The notes under the pieces were generated by a model. The model was not told the DNA's origin. It saw nothing but the letters and a program-made list of their open reading frames with translations, and ran no database searches. Of a DNA stretch of 64,000 bases, positions 33,385-46,565 are shown piece after piece (the first letter of the stretch is position 1; each line of letters begins with the position of its first letter). The DNA comes from Lepidodermella squamata (taxonomy: Eukaryota > Animalia > Gastrotricha). The stretch covers positions 1,178,001 through 1,242,000 of the forward strand of contig JBLDXI010000030.1 in NCBI GenBank assembly GCA_047495785.1. The letters are read 5' to 3'. Both the position numbers and the translations under genes were made by a program.

Positions 33385-35463
33385 TTAGGATAAAATCAAA
33401 TGAAAGATGCATGCGTCGACGAGAAAATTCATCACCGAAACAGAACCGAAAAACACCAGGTCTAGGAAGCGGATTTGCGTGATGGAGAAGCCGAAGATTT
33501 TCACGAGGCCGCGCCGCAGCGTCGGATGCCGCGCCAGCTCACACGCGACAATAGCGTAGACGGTACACGCGACGCCTGTCAAAAGTTGCATTGTCATGAA
33601 GATGATGGCATAGCTGATTTCGGAAGATTTCGGCATAGAGTCGCTGACGGTGGTCTGCAGAACGGTGTAGGCTAGGACAACGGTTATGCAAAAGCAGGGC
33701 CTGTCCGGGTGGCGGGCTGGCATGATGCCAACGACGAGCAGGAGCAGCGTCAGGACGAAGCTGGGGATGAACACGCCGAGCATGTAACTGCTTGGCCGGC
33801 GTTCGAAGGCGAAGCGGAAGATGACGGACGTGAATTTAGCACCGGTTGGGTCGTCGATGTTGTATTGATTAATGGCCTCCCTAAATGAGCAGAAATGCAA
33901 AATTTAGCTACTCTTAAAGAGTCACTAAAACGTCGCCTTATAGAGTTCCAGGCCTAAAAACCCGAAAAAACCCGAAATACCCGGAAAAACCCGGAAAAAC
34001 CCCTTGGTCCAAAAATTTCGGGCTGAAAGCTGAAAATACCCCGAATTACCCCTAGCTCGGGGATCCTACTTCGCTCACTGCTTCCCAGAACATGATGACT
34101 CATAACCATATGAATAAGTAGGAAACAGTCGCCGACTTTCAAAGAATTTGAATTTAGCCTTACTTACATTGCCTTGAAGCCAGTAACCTGCCATACATCA
34201 CCTGGGCTGACGAAGGTCTCTTCAGGTGGAAGACTGATGTTACGGTTTACGGAGAAGCGAACCGAATCATTTTGAGCCCAAGATTCGAACGACAAGTCGC
34301 AAGATTGAGCATCGAAAGGAAACTTTTTGATACTTCATAAAAATTACGGAAAATCATTAGTTTGATATATATGATAGGGTTCGAATTCTTTACTGGAGTT
34401 GGCAGAAGGTTTTGATGGTCATGACAACGGGTATATAGACAGAGCCATCGGGGCTGAAATAGGCGTAGCCATTGTCTCGAATCCAAATGTTAACGGCCCA
34501 TGAGTTGTCGAACGCTGTTATTTGGTCGATTGATGGGTACCAAATCTCATAGGCTGGGATTTCGACGCGATTTATTTTGTTCTCCGATGCGTTCCATACT
34601 GTACAAGGGTGGGTCCATAGTAAGTCTAGCTCGAGAAACATGGTCAGCCTGAATGAAAAAAAAATGAATTAAATCAATCAATCAGGACAATCAAATCAGT
34701 ACGCGGAAACATAAAAGCGAAATTAATCGCAAAAATAACCCGAATAGAATTAAATAAAAAAATGAATGTAACCAGATAATTTAAAAAAATTCCAAGAATT
34801 CATCTGAAATTCGATTAAAATGTAATGACTGAATATCGATTTTCCAAAAATTTTCAACAATTGAGAGTTAGAAACAATATCGATTATCGATTTCACCTAT
34901 CAACCGCCAATTCCAATATCAACCGCCTTGGAGCCTATCATCGATCAAGTTTCCACATAGTCTATGGTATTATAAAAGGAAAATAAAATTTCCGATGTTC
35001 TGGGAGGGCATCAAAGTCGATTTCAACAAACGAAAATATTTAAATCAGAAAAAATTAGTGCCATATTAATTTTAGTTAATTTTTTTTTAATTATGGTACA
35101 AATATTTAGATCCCGATCCCACAATGAAAAAAATACGAAAAATCGGAAAAATAGTTTAAAATAATTTTAAAATCGAAAAAACCTAAAATAAATTGGATAA
35201 ATAGTTTCGACAAATTTTTCTATAAAAATTTACGATTGTTCTCGATCATCGATGCCGCGAAAGTGATTAGGAGTAAGAGTCAGCCGTACGTCTACAATAT
35301 CCGTAGCTTTGATAACAGGCCGCGTTCTCGCTCTGAGATTGCACGTCTTAATCAACTGATCGCGAAACGCTTCCTCGGCCGGCCGGAAAATATTCACACC
35401 TCCAAAATCAGCCGCTAGCCCAGCTTTCAGAGCCGCGAAAACAGGCAGTAATACTAGTATCAT
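33385..35463 (-). CDS. Four-exon Cys-loop channel subunit with canonical 13-residue loop
   Basis: Exons 35463-35234, 34648-34394, 34332-34168, 33880-33385 splice GT-AG in frame; RTRPV, GIDDREQS, IWYP, CQLHIKKFPFDAQSC, ESW, FERRPSSY, MPKSSE. Confidence 0.88.
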
Positions 35464-37643
35464 TGTATTCTAATAGGCAAAATGACCTATATAAAAAATT
35501 CTTAAAATTATTATGATTCATTGTATTATCTTGTACAAGAAGTACCCTATTAGACGAATCGAATTGCTCAGACGATAACAATTTGCGTGAATAAACAAAC
35601 AAAAGGAGAAAGGGTGCCATTAACTACGTAAAACACCTGGGATCCGGGTCTAAATATATGTACAAAAAATAACTAGTAATAAATAGTACGCTCTCTATTA
35701 CGTTCCGCCTCATTGATTTAATAAGAATGTAACATGATGCGTTTGAACTCAACGCATTTCAATATTATTTATTACGACCGATTTGACCGAGCCAAATAAG
35801 TCGAAAATTGAAGAAATTTTCCCGCATAATTGAGATTATTATCGATTTTTTATCCTGGGTATAACTTTCTCCATCCTAGAAACGATGCAAATTATTCGAA
35901 TCGCTTATAATGACTTTTATCTCGCGAGATAAAATACTTATCATAAATGAATTTTTTCTCGCTCACTTTATGCGGGTGGCAATTGGCAATTATTGCTTTT
36001 TCAGCGAGGAGCAATAAAAAAGCCGGTTGTTTTTTTTTGCGAGCTTGGGTCAAGAGAGGATTATCATCTGAAATAAACAAGTTTTATTCCACGATTTAAG
36101 CCCAACAAATCCGGAAATGGAAAATTAAGCCGGCTATATCGCCCGTCCTCTTATGTGTCCTCTTATAGGTGCCGTCTCATTGACGTAGACATGAAAAGCC
36201 GATTTTAACCAGACCAAAATCGAAAAAAAATCGGGTCAGAAATACGCGTTCTGGTTAAATTCAGTCAATAAAAAACTCAATTTTTGAATTTTGAATTTTC
36301 ACCCGTTATTTGAGACGTAATGATGGGAAGGATCAAAAGAAATATATATAATTGCAAAGTGCCCTCAATAAAATACTGATAATATACGGCGGAGGTTTTT
36401 GCAATCAAAATAACAGTGGTGCGATAATTTAAAAAAATAATTAAAACTAAACAAAGCTATTAAAAAATCCCTAAAAATTCTGCGTTCTTATATTAGCTTT
36501 GGGTATAGTATTTTTGGCTCCGTTGTGGAATTCGGTTTATATGCTAAGAAGTATGATGGCCAAATCGACGCTATCATCAATTGAAAAAGGGCTTCTAATA
36601 TTCAAGCCCAATTTGTCTCAAATGACCTCCGCCCTTTGATTTTCTCGTATTTATTTTTGCAATTAAGCATCAACCATGGGCTACTCATTCATGTAATCCG
36701 AATGAATTACATAATCGGCTGTCTGGCGCCTATAGATCGCTTTTGCGCAATGATTTAAGCTAGGTGGGCGATTAATCCTTGATTTCATGCCAGGTGATTC
36801 TCCATATTGGCAAAGCTTAAAACTTGCGTCAGCGTCCGTGTACCGTGTTAATCAATAGTAGTTGCGTAATTCGCTGGTTGCGAATCTGAAGTTAAAAGTT
36901 GAATCCTATGTTGGCGCAGAGTTCATTGTCTACGTGAAGGTCCTTATTAATGAGGCTAACTTTTCAATAATTTTAATAAAAATGAAAACAAGCGAGCAAC
37001 TGTAATTTTATTCGGTTGTCATTCGCGTTTTTTCGTTTCATTTTTATCAAAAATGGAAACATAAAATTGTACAAAATCCTAATCGACGCGTTTGTGAACA
37101 GCCAAAAAATCTAAAATTCGAGACATTTTAAATACGCGACCTAGAAAAATTGAAATTTCCTCGAGTAAAGCTGGCTGGCCCTTTATATTTGTTTGAAAAT
37201 TCGATCTGAATTTTTAGCCTAAAACGCAGATGACGCAATGCCCTTGAAAGTTGAAAAACGGGTTTTCCTTTTTGCGGAACAAAATTTCAAATATTCGCTA
37301 CAAGTTGCCTTTATTAAAATTTCTGGGAATTCGGGATTAATTTAAAAAATATCTAATAAATTAGCCAATCACGTATCAAATTGCTAAGAATCAGCAAAAT
37401 CAGATACCCAACATTTCCTCTCCCCGACAAAAATTTCAGAATTTCGGAAACTAAATGTTAGCCTGTAAATTCTGATTTTCTTCAAATTTACGCAATGTTA
37501 TGGTATTTATAGATTCTTTTAGATTTTTCAGAAGAATTGTTTTTCTCGAAAAATATGCACGAAATAAGAAGACCCACAATTGCGGAAATCAAAAGAATTT
37601 TATAGGACCAGTTTTCCATTATTTTTTATTGAAGCTTGAAGCT

Positions 37644-38432
37644 CTACAGTTTTCTAGCCATCACAACAAGCGTGCCATGCATGTCCCCAGTAACAAGTCC
37701 ATCAGCCTCAATTTTCGTAAAAATACTCTTCACAACCGTAAAACCAGTCTGCTCGAGAACGCGATGAACATCCTCGGGCGTGACGGGCAAATGCCGAAAT
37801 TTCGTACCAGCCGATGCCTCGTAAAACGTATTCTCCAACGCCGTCGCCATAACAAGGTGCCCATGCGGCCGCATCAGCTTCGAAATATTCGCCATATTTC
37901 TCCGATAATCGTCCATACTCTTCGACCCAGATTCAATGGTTAGCGCTGAAATTATCGCATCATAAGGCTGGCCACTATTCGTGTTTCTTTCGATAATTTC
38001 CGGCTTGTTAACATCGCATAGCACGAGGCTGTTGACCTTTGCCCTGAGGCGATTAGCCACCTGTTCGGCTGATTGCTGATTGCTGAACTCGAGTGACCCG
38101 ATAAAGGCCAAGGTCGGCGACCAGTCGAAGCTATTTTCACTTTTTTCCAGCCATAATTTAATTTCTTCCAAATTTCGCGGCACAATGTCTGATAGGGTGA
38201 TTTCGGCGAAATTCCGGCTGGCGATCGCTGCTGTGTAGATGCAAGGCCCGCAGCCTAAATCGAGAATGTGGCGGCCGGATATTTTCGATAGGCACCACGA
38301 TAGGCCTTCGACTATGCTTCGGTTGAATAAATCGTCCTGGGTAGTGCCGTCTGCGACGTGGGCGTAACGGCTGAATTCGAGGTACTGGCGGGGGTTGAAC
38401 TGGGTGACGTAGTCCGGCGACTGATCGGCCAT
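37644..38432 (-). CDS. NNMT/PNMT/INMT-family SAM-dependent small-molecule N-methyltransferase
   Basis: FNPRQYL, ILDLGCGP, ITLSDI..NL, FDWSP, CDV, D-aiiS-L-IE, LMRPHGHL; intronless 262 aa. Confidence 0.88.
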   Translation of the reverse strand: MADQSPDYVTQFNPRQYLEFSRYAHVADGTTQDDLFNRSIVEGLSWCLSKISGRHILDLGCGPCIYTAAIASRNFAEITLSDIVPRNLEEIKLWLEKSENSFDWSPTLAFIGSLEFSNQQSAEQVANRLRAKVNSLVLCDVNKPEIIERNTNSGQPYDAIISALTIESGSKSMDDYRRNMANISKLMRPHGHLVMATALENTFYEASAGTKFRHLPVTPEDVHRVLEQTGFTVVKSIFTKIEADGLVTGDMHGTLVVMARKL

Positions 38433-39489
38433 AGGCTGTTTTTAATCTCTCAAAGAATTAGGAAGAAAATCTAAAAAATTGAGGAAAATTGTTTAGCTGA
38501 CGTACAGCAGTTGAGCTAATTTTTCTAAAACTCTAAAATTTGCCAGAATTGAAAATATAAAATTAATCCTAAACTTGGATCCTAAGTCGAAGAGTAAAAA
38601 GAAAGAGCTTGCTTTTACTCTTTTCAAGAAATTTTCAAGACTAATATCAAAATTTAGGAACCGATATTCAGGAAATTTGCTAGAAGCTACATATAACAGC
38701 TAGGATTTGGCTATAAACTCGGCTTTTTCTCCGATTTTTATGACTAGAAATGGCGTCTATAATTGCTGGCCACCTTTTTAACTGAGTAGGGTAAGAACTT
38801 GCTTTGCTTGTCTTCAATTTAGGACATGAGATAAAGCAATGCTGAAATGATAAGGGATAAAGGCCCTTTCAGCCGGATCCATCGCAATATATTATATAGA
38901 ACTGCATTGCATTCTCTTGTTTTTGCTCCTATACATATAGCGTAATGATAATAATATTAAGCTGAGTACGCGAGTGTAAAATATATTATTATTATTATAT
39001 AATTTGCAAATGTGAGAGAAGAGGAAGCGAGAAAAAAAATCGCAAAAACTTTGCGTAAAAGCCTGGCTTCATTAAACCCTATAAATCTAGAATTTGCGGA
39101 GCGATTTATCGCAATATTATTACGATTTATTACCCTTGAAAATAATCCTTGAATATTCATAAACTGTCAATGAAAAACTCTAAGGAGTTGTACTGAATAC
39201 ATGGAAAAAAATTTAAATTAAAAAAAATTAAATTAAATATATTTACGAATTTTGATCAGAAAACATGACTTTCCTGAAAATACTAATTTTCGAAAAATTT
39301 CTTGAAAATTGACTTCAGCTGCCAGGTTTTTTCATTTTTTCCAATTCATGAAACCTTTGAATTTTTCTATTCCATATATTTTGTAAAAAAAAATGTTGGT
39401 GTTATCAAGTAACAAAAATTGAAAATTTAATGGCCGTTGAAATATTCCATCAAAAATTGAAAAAATGTTTTATTCGAAATTCGTTTTGT

Positions 39490-41860
39490 TCAATCAGCTG
39501 ATTGAGAGTTAGCATTTTCGCTTGGCTCCAGTGACGGCAGGCCTAACAGTCGGTACTGGTCCTCGCCGTCAACAACCGGCAGGCTGTACATCTCGGCGAA
39601 TAGCCGGTTGAAGTGCATCAGATCGGGCCGATTTATCGCTAGCCGCGTGATTGTCTTCAAATAATCGCGTTCCAACGCGGGTAACAAATCGTCGTAAATT
39701 CGCATTAGGAAGTGCTTCCGCTGCTGCGGCACTGGGCTGGATCGAAGGAGATAAGCGTCTAGCAACGAGCTCAGTTGCTGGTTCGTTTGAGCAACCAAGG
39801 CCGGATTAGATAAGCTCACTTCATCGTCGGCTGGAAATATGAAAATAAATTAAACAAAAATTCTAAAAACTTCCAAAAATTTCAAGATATTCCTGAACGT
39901 TAATCCTTCAATTCAGGTTGAATTTAACGATTTGAAATTTCAATTTTTGAAACTTAAAAAATGGGAAATTTCAAATTTTTCAAGTCTCTGAAAATTGGCG
40001 AATCTTCGTTTTTTTATTTCATTTTTTTCTAATTTCGCAAAAATTACCTCTATAGAAAATCATGGCAGCGAGGACGCTGAATTCGACGAAATTCGGCTGC
40101 CAGGCGTCAATAACAGCGGCTATTTTGTCGATTTGATCGGACAAAATCTTGTAAGTCGGGAAGAAGTGCATGAAACCGCGGCGCATAGTTTCGCTCATGC
40201 CGAAGAAGCGATGGCTAGGATTGCCGTGCACGGTGACTTGAATGACGACAAGCGGTAGGAGGACGCGGGCGAATAAATTGCACCGATCAGCGCCTGGCAG
40301 GGCGACGATGGTGTTGATAACACGGGCGTAGCATGCGCCGGAGTTGACGATGATATTGAACGTATTCATGGAGTGACTCCAGCAAGCAACGTCGCTATGA
40401 TAAAAAACGGAAAAATTATCATTATTCAGCTATCATCTTAAAATTACAAAGGATTAAGAGTTCAATTGAAATTTAAATTTCGAAATTAATTTATTACAAA
40501 AAGCAGAATCCTCGACTGTGGGGGTGGGTGAGGATCATCCTTCGCCCTCTTCAAAACCGGAAACGGTACTCGACGCTCAGTCCCGAAGAGGAAAATAAAT
40601 CTATTATTATAATTAATTTTGACCAGGGGTAACTCGGGGAAAAGTCATCCATTTATGACGGCAATTCCTATAAAATTAAAATTACGAAAAATTCCTAAAA
40701 AAGGGCGAAATATGAAGCAAACTTGGCACCCTGATTCCTGATTTTTCTGAACATTTATAGGAATTTTTCTATTTTTATCTGATTTTTGGCAATTTCAGAA
40801 ATTTCAATTTTTTTATTTTGCTTAATTTTGAAAAATTAGCCGCTTATTTTGCACAATCATTTGCATTTTTAAAAGTCTCATTAGTCATCGTTTCTGGTTT
40901 ATTTTTACTAATTTATTGGGACATTGTTTTTACCAGTATAGATTTTAGTCAGAATTGAATCAAATTAAATCAAATTTCCGTCCCTCAATTTTTTTGGAAT
41001 TTTTTAATTTTAAACGATCATTACCAAAATTTTCATTTCAATTTCAATTTTGAAATTTTTGGAAAAATTTCCAAAAATGACTATATCTTCAGAGTTTTCA
41101 TCGAATTTCGTTGAGAATTTTTTATTGTCTGTTGCCCCAATATTGCTGAGATTTCTTGATCTATTTATCCAACAATTGCTCAATTTCGCTTTGAGGAAAA
41201 TCATTCGATTTTTACAAAAATTGAATTTGAAAAATTTAGTAAAACTTTCAGATCCAAAACCTACTTAGGGAAGTGATGTTCTCCCCAAGGAATCGAACTG
41301 AGCGCTGATAATTCTGTCACAGCTTTCAACGCTATCCTCAACTGTTCCTCAGGTAAATTCAGCCTCGGCGGCTCCGGCTGGCTCAGGGTGACCAATTGCA
41401 TCTGCCTAGTATCAACGCCTACATCCGGCGAAAGTTCCGACGAATTCGCTGATGATGGCACCGGCGATGACGAGCTAATAGTCCGGTTCCTAGTAGTCAC
41501 CCTACTACTACTGCTAGCTGCACTACCCGCCGCCTGTTGGCTATGATCGCCGGCCTGCATGCCAACGGCGAAACAGCGGTCGAGGCGGCATTTCGGGCAG
41601 TAATTACGCCGCGCCTCGTAGTCGCAATTCTTCTGGTCGACGATGCAGTTGCGGCGCCCGGTGACGCAGACCAGCGTCGCAATTTTCGCCTTTGAACGGC
41701 GGAAAAACTTCTTGCACGGATCGCAAACTGGCAACCAACCGGCTCGGGGCGGGTTAATCGCGATATTACACACCTTTAATGACGGAAAAAATCAGTAATC
41801 ATCATTCAGCTGCGGAAAATTTAGAAAAACCTGGCAAAAGCCTCTCGAAGCTGGGTTCAT
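39490..41860 (-). CDS. Divergent nuclear hormone receptor (C4 zinc fingers + LBD, NR1-like)
   Basis: Exons 41860-41831, 41773-41265, 40394-40048, 39830-39490 join in frame; CQVC..CDPCKKFFRR..C-x6-C..CPKCRLDRCFAVGM; AF-2-like LFAEMY. Confidence 0.85.
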
Positions 41861-43888
41861 ATTTGTAGTAATTAAACTGAAAATGAAATAAAAAGAAATT
41901 CGGAAAGAGACAAAAAAGGCAGAAATGAGGTTATTATGTGAATTATTGTCCCTCTTAGCTTTTGGTTGCGCAACAAGCATGAGAATAATTGAGAGCAAGA
42001 TAATTTGTTTGCACTGCGCAGTTTTTCGAGACAAAAGTGGGAGAAAAGTCGTTTTGAAATTGGAATTTAGGGAAAATTACCAAGATTTGATAAATTATCG
42101 AAAATTACAATAAATATTTGAAACAAGCATTTTCGAATGCGTTTCGCAGCAAAAGCATTGAAAAATCTGTAACAAATGAGGGAAAATTTTTAGCCTGGAG
42201 AGTTTCTGTTCCACGTGAGGAAGGTAAGCTTGTTTATACTGTAAGAAGGAAGAGACGGGTCAGTTTTTCTCTACTCTCACATCAGTTCTCGTGTCGAACA
42301 TGTCATCATTCGCGAATGATCTCGCGCATAGGCTTTGTGAGCCGCAAAATTAAATTGCCCAATATTAGTTAACATATTATTACTAGGCTAATGCGACAGG
42401 TGATAGGTAAATTTTTGGCAGTGTTTCATCAAACTACACAGCTTTCGCATTATTGCGTTTATATTGAATTAACTAGGAAATAGGGGTAAAATTGACTGAA
42501 AATGGGGTAAAATTTCAAAATTTGACAAATTGAATTCACACTCTTTCAAAAATGAAAAATTAGAGCTAAATTACAACATTTTCCTGAAAATCAAAATGAT
42601 ATAGGTATAACGGCCATTTTTTAATCTCTAATTTTTCGCCCTAAGAATTTTGAAAAATTACTGGAATTATATATCAAGAACAGATTCCATTTTCACGTTT
42701 TTTTTTTAAATTTTTTCAAGCCTTAATATCAAAAGTGGCTTCAAACTTTGAGCTACAGCGAATCCTGACCTAATTTCGGACACAGGTAAGGAAGCTGCTC
42801 AAATTGCCCAAGCAGTACACATTGTTCGGTAACTTGAAAAACGTCTTTTTCCAGGATTTATCGCGTGCCAAAGCTAATCGGCGAGATGATGAACAGCGTA
42901 AGCCAAAAACTTGTTGATAACGGGATGGCAACGAGCATCAGTGCTCCTCACATGTCACAAAACCATGCGGCTGCTAATTTACTACACGTCTTCGTTGAAC
43001 ATGATTTGGAACGTGATTTAGATCTTAATTATCGAATACGCAGAAAACGGACCGGATTTTGTCCATATTCGCATATTAGGATTGTCTGTCCTCCGTAAAT
43101 TGTCGTAGCATGATATGACGCTGCGTTGATGTCTATTATATAATGATAATTCCAACGAAAAAAGAATGTCTTTTATGAGTGACAACCCGAGATCGATCAA
43201 CCTAAGGTAGCATCAGCTGAGAAATTTTCATCGAAATTGACAGTGACAGAGGTCACGCATTTTCATGCCGATGACGTCGCTTTGATACTCAGATCGATAA
43301 ATTAAAAGCTGAAGCTAGGCTGAAAAATTACCCTAGAGAAATTGTCTTTTTCAGCAATATGAATGGCTGAGTCTAGCTCACAATCCTCTCAATGATAGAG
43401 CTTTGGATTTAGAAGTTCGATCCTTTACTATCAATCCTTCTGATTTGACTTCCGAATTCCGAAGTTTTTTATTTTTATAATGGCTGCCTAATGGAGTTTG
43501 ATTCCTTGGTCCTTATTGGGTCAGCATTATTTTTCAATTTTATTTTCGATCCTCAAAAGTCCTGCTCGGCCTGGGGAAAGTCGAAGGAGTGTCTGCGATG
43601 AGAAAGTCACCCACTCACGTGTTTATTACGGGTTAAAACATCTACAAGACATTTTGTACTGCGATGCAAGCATTTCCTTACTTAGACACGAAGCAGTCCT
43701 CGAATTTTGTATCTCTTAACCGTCTTAACCGTCAAAGTTCACGTGCTGAGAAAAAATGCAGGATAGTTCACATCATTAGCGAAATTGGATGCAGTAGTAA
43801 ACTCGTGACATAAAGTCTAGACCAAAATACCCTTATCAAGTTCGCCGCTCGCTCTAGTCATTTCAGTGAATTTCAATAAACAGACAAT

Positions 43889-46249
43889 ATGTTTTTTAAA
43901 CTAGTCTTTCTCCTGATGGGAGTCGATGCTCAGCTTAGAAAGCCCCATGTGATGAAACTGCTTGCATTTCGACCAGCCCCAGAAACCATGGACGGCAGAA
44001 CCTGTGCTGCTGCTATAAAGCTAACAGTTGACCTCTTCAACAATCAAACCGAGTACCTACCCGATTATCACATCGATGTTAGCATCGTGAATGAAGGGCC
44101 TGTCACAGTCGATGCACCGAGACAGTTCCTACAGTTCTACGACGGCTACATGAGAAATACTGAAGCTTACAGGGCATCTGGCATCTACCTCTCCCCTGCT
44201 GTGATAGGAACAGCTGTGAATTGCCAATCCACGAGTCGAATTATTCGAGAGCTCAACATGGTTCAATTCACGTACGGCTGTTACGGGCCAATGTTCTCCG
44301 CAGATCGGAAGAACTACCCGAATCTCTACAAAGTTGTAACGCCGAATGAGAAAATGATCATATCCGCTGCTTACTTCGCTCGGAATGTTGGTTTGTGGCG
44401 GGAAGTTGCTCTTATTACGGGCTTGGCAAACCAAAATGAAGTGCTGTCTTCTCAAGCTTTGTATGTCGAAGGTGTCAAAATTGGGCTGCGATTCACAATG
44501 TTTGCCGGGGTGTTGGACATAGATAGCGACCTTCTGCAAGAGGTTCTAGACTCGAATTCGAGAGTAGTCATTTTCGCTTCTGTAAACATTGTGCTGCTCG
44601 CCAAGTTTCTCTGTATGGCCTTTAAGGCTGGTATAACAGGGTCGAATTTCGCCATACTCTTACCATCGTTATCCTATTTCCAACCAAATGCCATATTAAT
44701 CCCCGGCTGCCCATCTTCAGTGTTGATGGAGCAGTTCAAAATCATATACTGGATCGGATATTTCCCCAGCGCTGTAGTTCCTAATGGCAAATCGGAGCTC
44801 GGCTACGATTTTCGGGAATTTGATAAAGCTCTTGATGTTGCTATGAATCAAAGCCGCTACCTCGATTATGCCCTTAGGCATACATGTCACGATGCGGTAA
44901 TGGCAGCGATTCTTGCCTTGGACAAGGCGGATCGCAGATTGAACTCAAATTTCAACTCTTCACTAAGAGACTTCTTTGAGAAACCAGAGTTAGTAGGCCA
45001 AGTATTGAATTCGAGCGCTGCCGCATCGGATTTCCGAGGCATAAGAACAGGTCGAATCTTCTATTCTAAACGACTTGAATATGACTCTGAGCCATTTTGG
45101 GCGGCTCAGTTCGCCAATGGAACTTTGAAGCTGACCCATCGAATGGAATTTTTCGGAGATCAAATGCAAATCCAACAATTGAATGCGATCGAGTGGAATA
45201 CGAGGTCGATGAAGCCCCCGAAAGACCTCTCAACAGTTGTGCGCAGATACTACACGTACCCAATTGTTTCTTTCTATGTCCTTCTTGGTCTGGCGATTGT
45301 GGTCACCCTTGTCCAGTTTATTTTCGTTTTCGTAAATTCGAAAAGCATAAGTGAGGATTCCAATGACAAGGTCGCTAATCACGTGATGTTCTCAGGAGCT
45401 TTTACAACCAACGTTGCTTGCGTGCTCTCAGTGTCTTTGAACTTGAGTGAAATCTCAAGTGACATTCTGTGCGGTTCGAGAATCGTATTCGCTGTAACAG
45501 GCGTGTCTATTATGAATGGCAACTCCTTCGCGAGAATTTTAATGATGGTGCTGACTAGCAAGAGCAGCCATCCACGCCGCCCAACGCAACACGCTGGCAG
45601 TATACGTGAGGATTTGCGCAGATCAAGCCTAATTAGACGAGTATCCTACTTTGACAGCCGAGGAAGATCAGTGTTAAATCCTAATGATCATCGAAGTGGT
45701 TCGGTAGTCTCCACTAGAATAGTTCGCAAATTCCGACCCAACGTGTTTATCACCTGGGGTACAGCGATCTTTCTACTCCTAAACATAGTGATTCTCACCA
45801 CATGGCTCCTCACATCTCCAATGACTGTTGGCTTGGAAGTATCGAAAATTTCATTCGATCCTGTTCAGGATTTGTATTATGACATTGGAACTGCTTTTTG
45901 CGACTCCAATGGACAAGAAAAGTGGCTCGGTGCGGTTTTGGCTATTCACGGATTCTTCTTACTTCTTGGATCGTTGCTTTCGTACGAGGTTCGACGCATG
46001 TTGCCACCGCCTGGGATGACTGCTGAATTTATAACCGCTCGGCTGTGCATCGTCAACTCACTTTTCACATTCGCCTGCGTAGTTGTGACGTCGTTCATCG
46101 TTCCATCAACGCAGGCGACATTGCAGCAGAGTGTTATGGCTTACGGCGGCCTTGTTTACTCGATATCAACGTCTAGTGTGGTTGCTTACGGAATCGTTAC
46201 GAAAGCAAAATCGTCCAAGATAAATAGACGGGTTTCAATGATCAATTAA
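43889..46249 (+). CDS. Intronless class C GPCR, GABA-B-like
   Basis: Signal peptide, YLPDY, DRKNYPNLY, WREVALI, CMAFKAGITG, CHDAV, PPKD directly before TM1, 7TM. Confidence 0.9.
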   Translation: MFFKLVFLLMGVDAQLRKPHVMKLLAFRPAPETMDGRTCAAAIKLTVDLFNNQTEYLPDYHIDVSIVNEGPVTVDAPRQFLQFYDGYMRNTEAYRASGIYLSPAVIGTAVNCQSTSRIIRELNMVQFTYGCYGPMFSADRKNYPNLYKVVTPNEKMIISAAYFARNVGLWREVALITGLANQNEVLSSQALYVEGVKIGLRFTMFAGVLDIDSDLLQEVLDSNSRVVIFASVNIVLLAKFLCMAFKAGITGSNFAILLPSLSYFQPNAILIPGCPSSVLMEQFKIIYWIGYFPSAVVPNGKSELGYDFREFDKALDVAMNQSRYLDYALRHTCHDAVMAAILALDKADRRLNSNFNSSLRDFFEKPELVGQVLNSSAAASDFRGIRTGRIFYSKRLEYDSEPFWAAQFANGTLKLTHRMEFFGDQMQIQQLNAIEWNTRSMKPPKDLSTVVRRYYTYPIVSFYVLLGLAIVVTLVQFIFVFVNSKSISEDSNDKVANHVMFSGAFTTNVACVLSVSLNLSEISSDILCGSRIVFAVTGVSIMNGNSFARILMMVLTSKSSHPRRPTQHAGSIREDLRRSSLIRRVSYFDSRGRSVLNPNDHRSGSVVSTRIVRKFRPNVFITWGTAIFLLLNIVILTTWLLTSPMTVGLEVSKISFDPVQDLYYDIGTAFCDSNGQEKWLGAVLAIHGFFLLLGSLLSYEVRRMLPPPGMTAEFITARLCIVNSLFTFACVVVTSFIVPSTQATLQQSVMAYGGLVYSISTSSVVAYGIVTKAKSSKINRRVSMIN

Positions 46250-46429
46250 CGCGATACAAGTAGACTTGGATAAACCACTTGAATGAATGAATGAATTGAA
46301 TGCTTCTCCCGCTTTCAACAAAAGATTCCAATAAGTATTAAATTGAATTATTCAGCCTCAGCTGATAGCTGGGGATCCGCCATGAAGATCTACCTTCTAG
46401 TGTAGGAGGATGAGGTTATAAGTCGAATT

Positions 46430-46565
46430 TTTAACCTTTTGTTTTACGCTGGTTTTTAGGTATTTCGACCACGCTTAGTTCTTGCAAGACAATGGCGGAA
46501 AACCATTCGCAAACAGACAAAATATAGTTACAGCAAACAAAATGGTATACGAACACAAGAAGTCC
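46430..46565 (+). repeat. ~130-bp dispersed repeat, second copy at ~58030-58155
   Basis: gttttacgctgg.ttttaggta.ttcgaccacgctt..caagacaatg.cggaaa..cattcgcaaa..tacagcaaacaaaatggtatac in both places. Confidence 0.8.
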
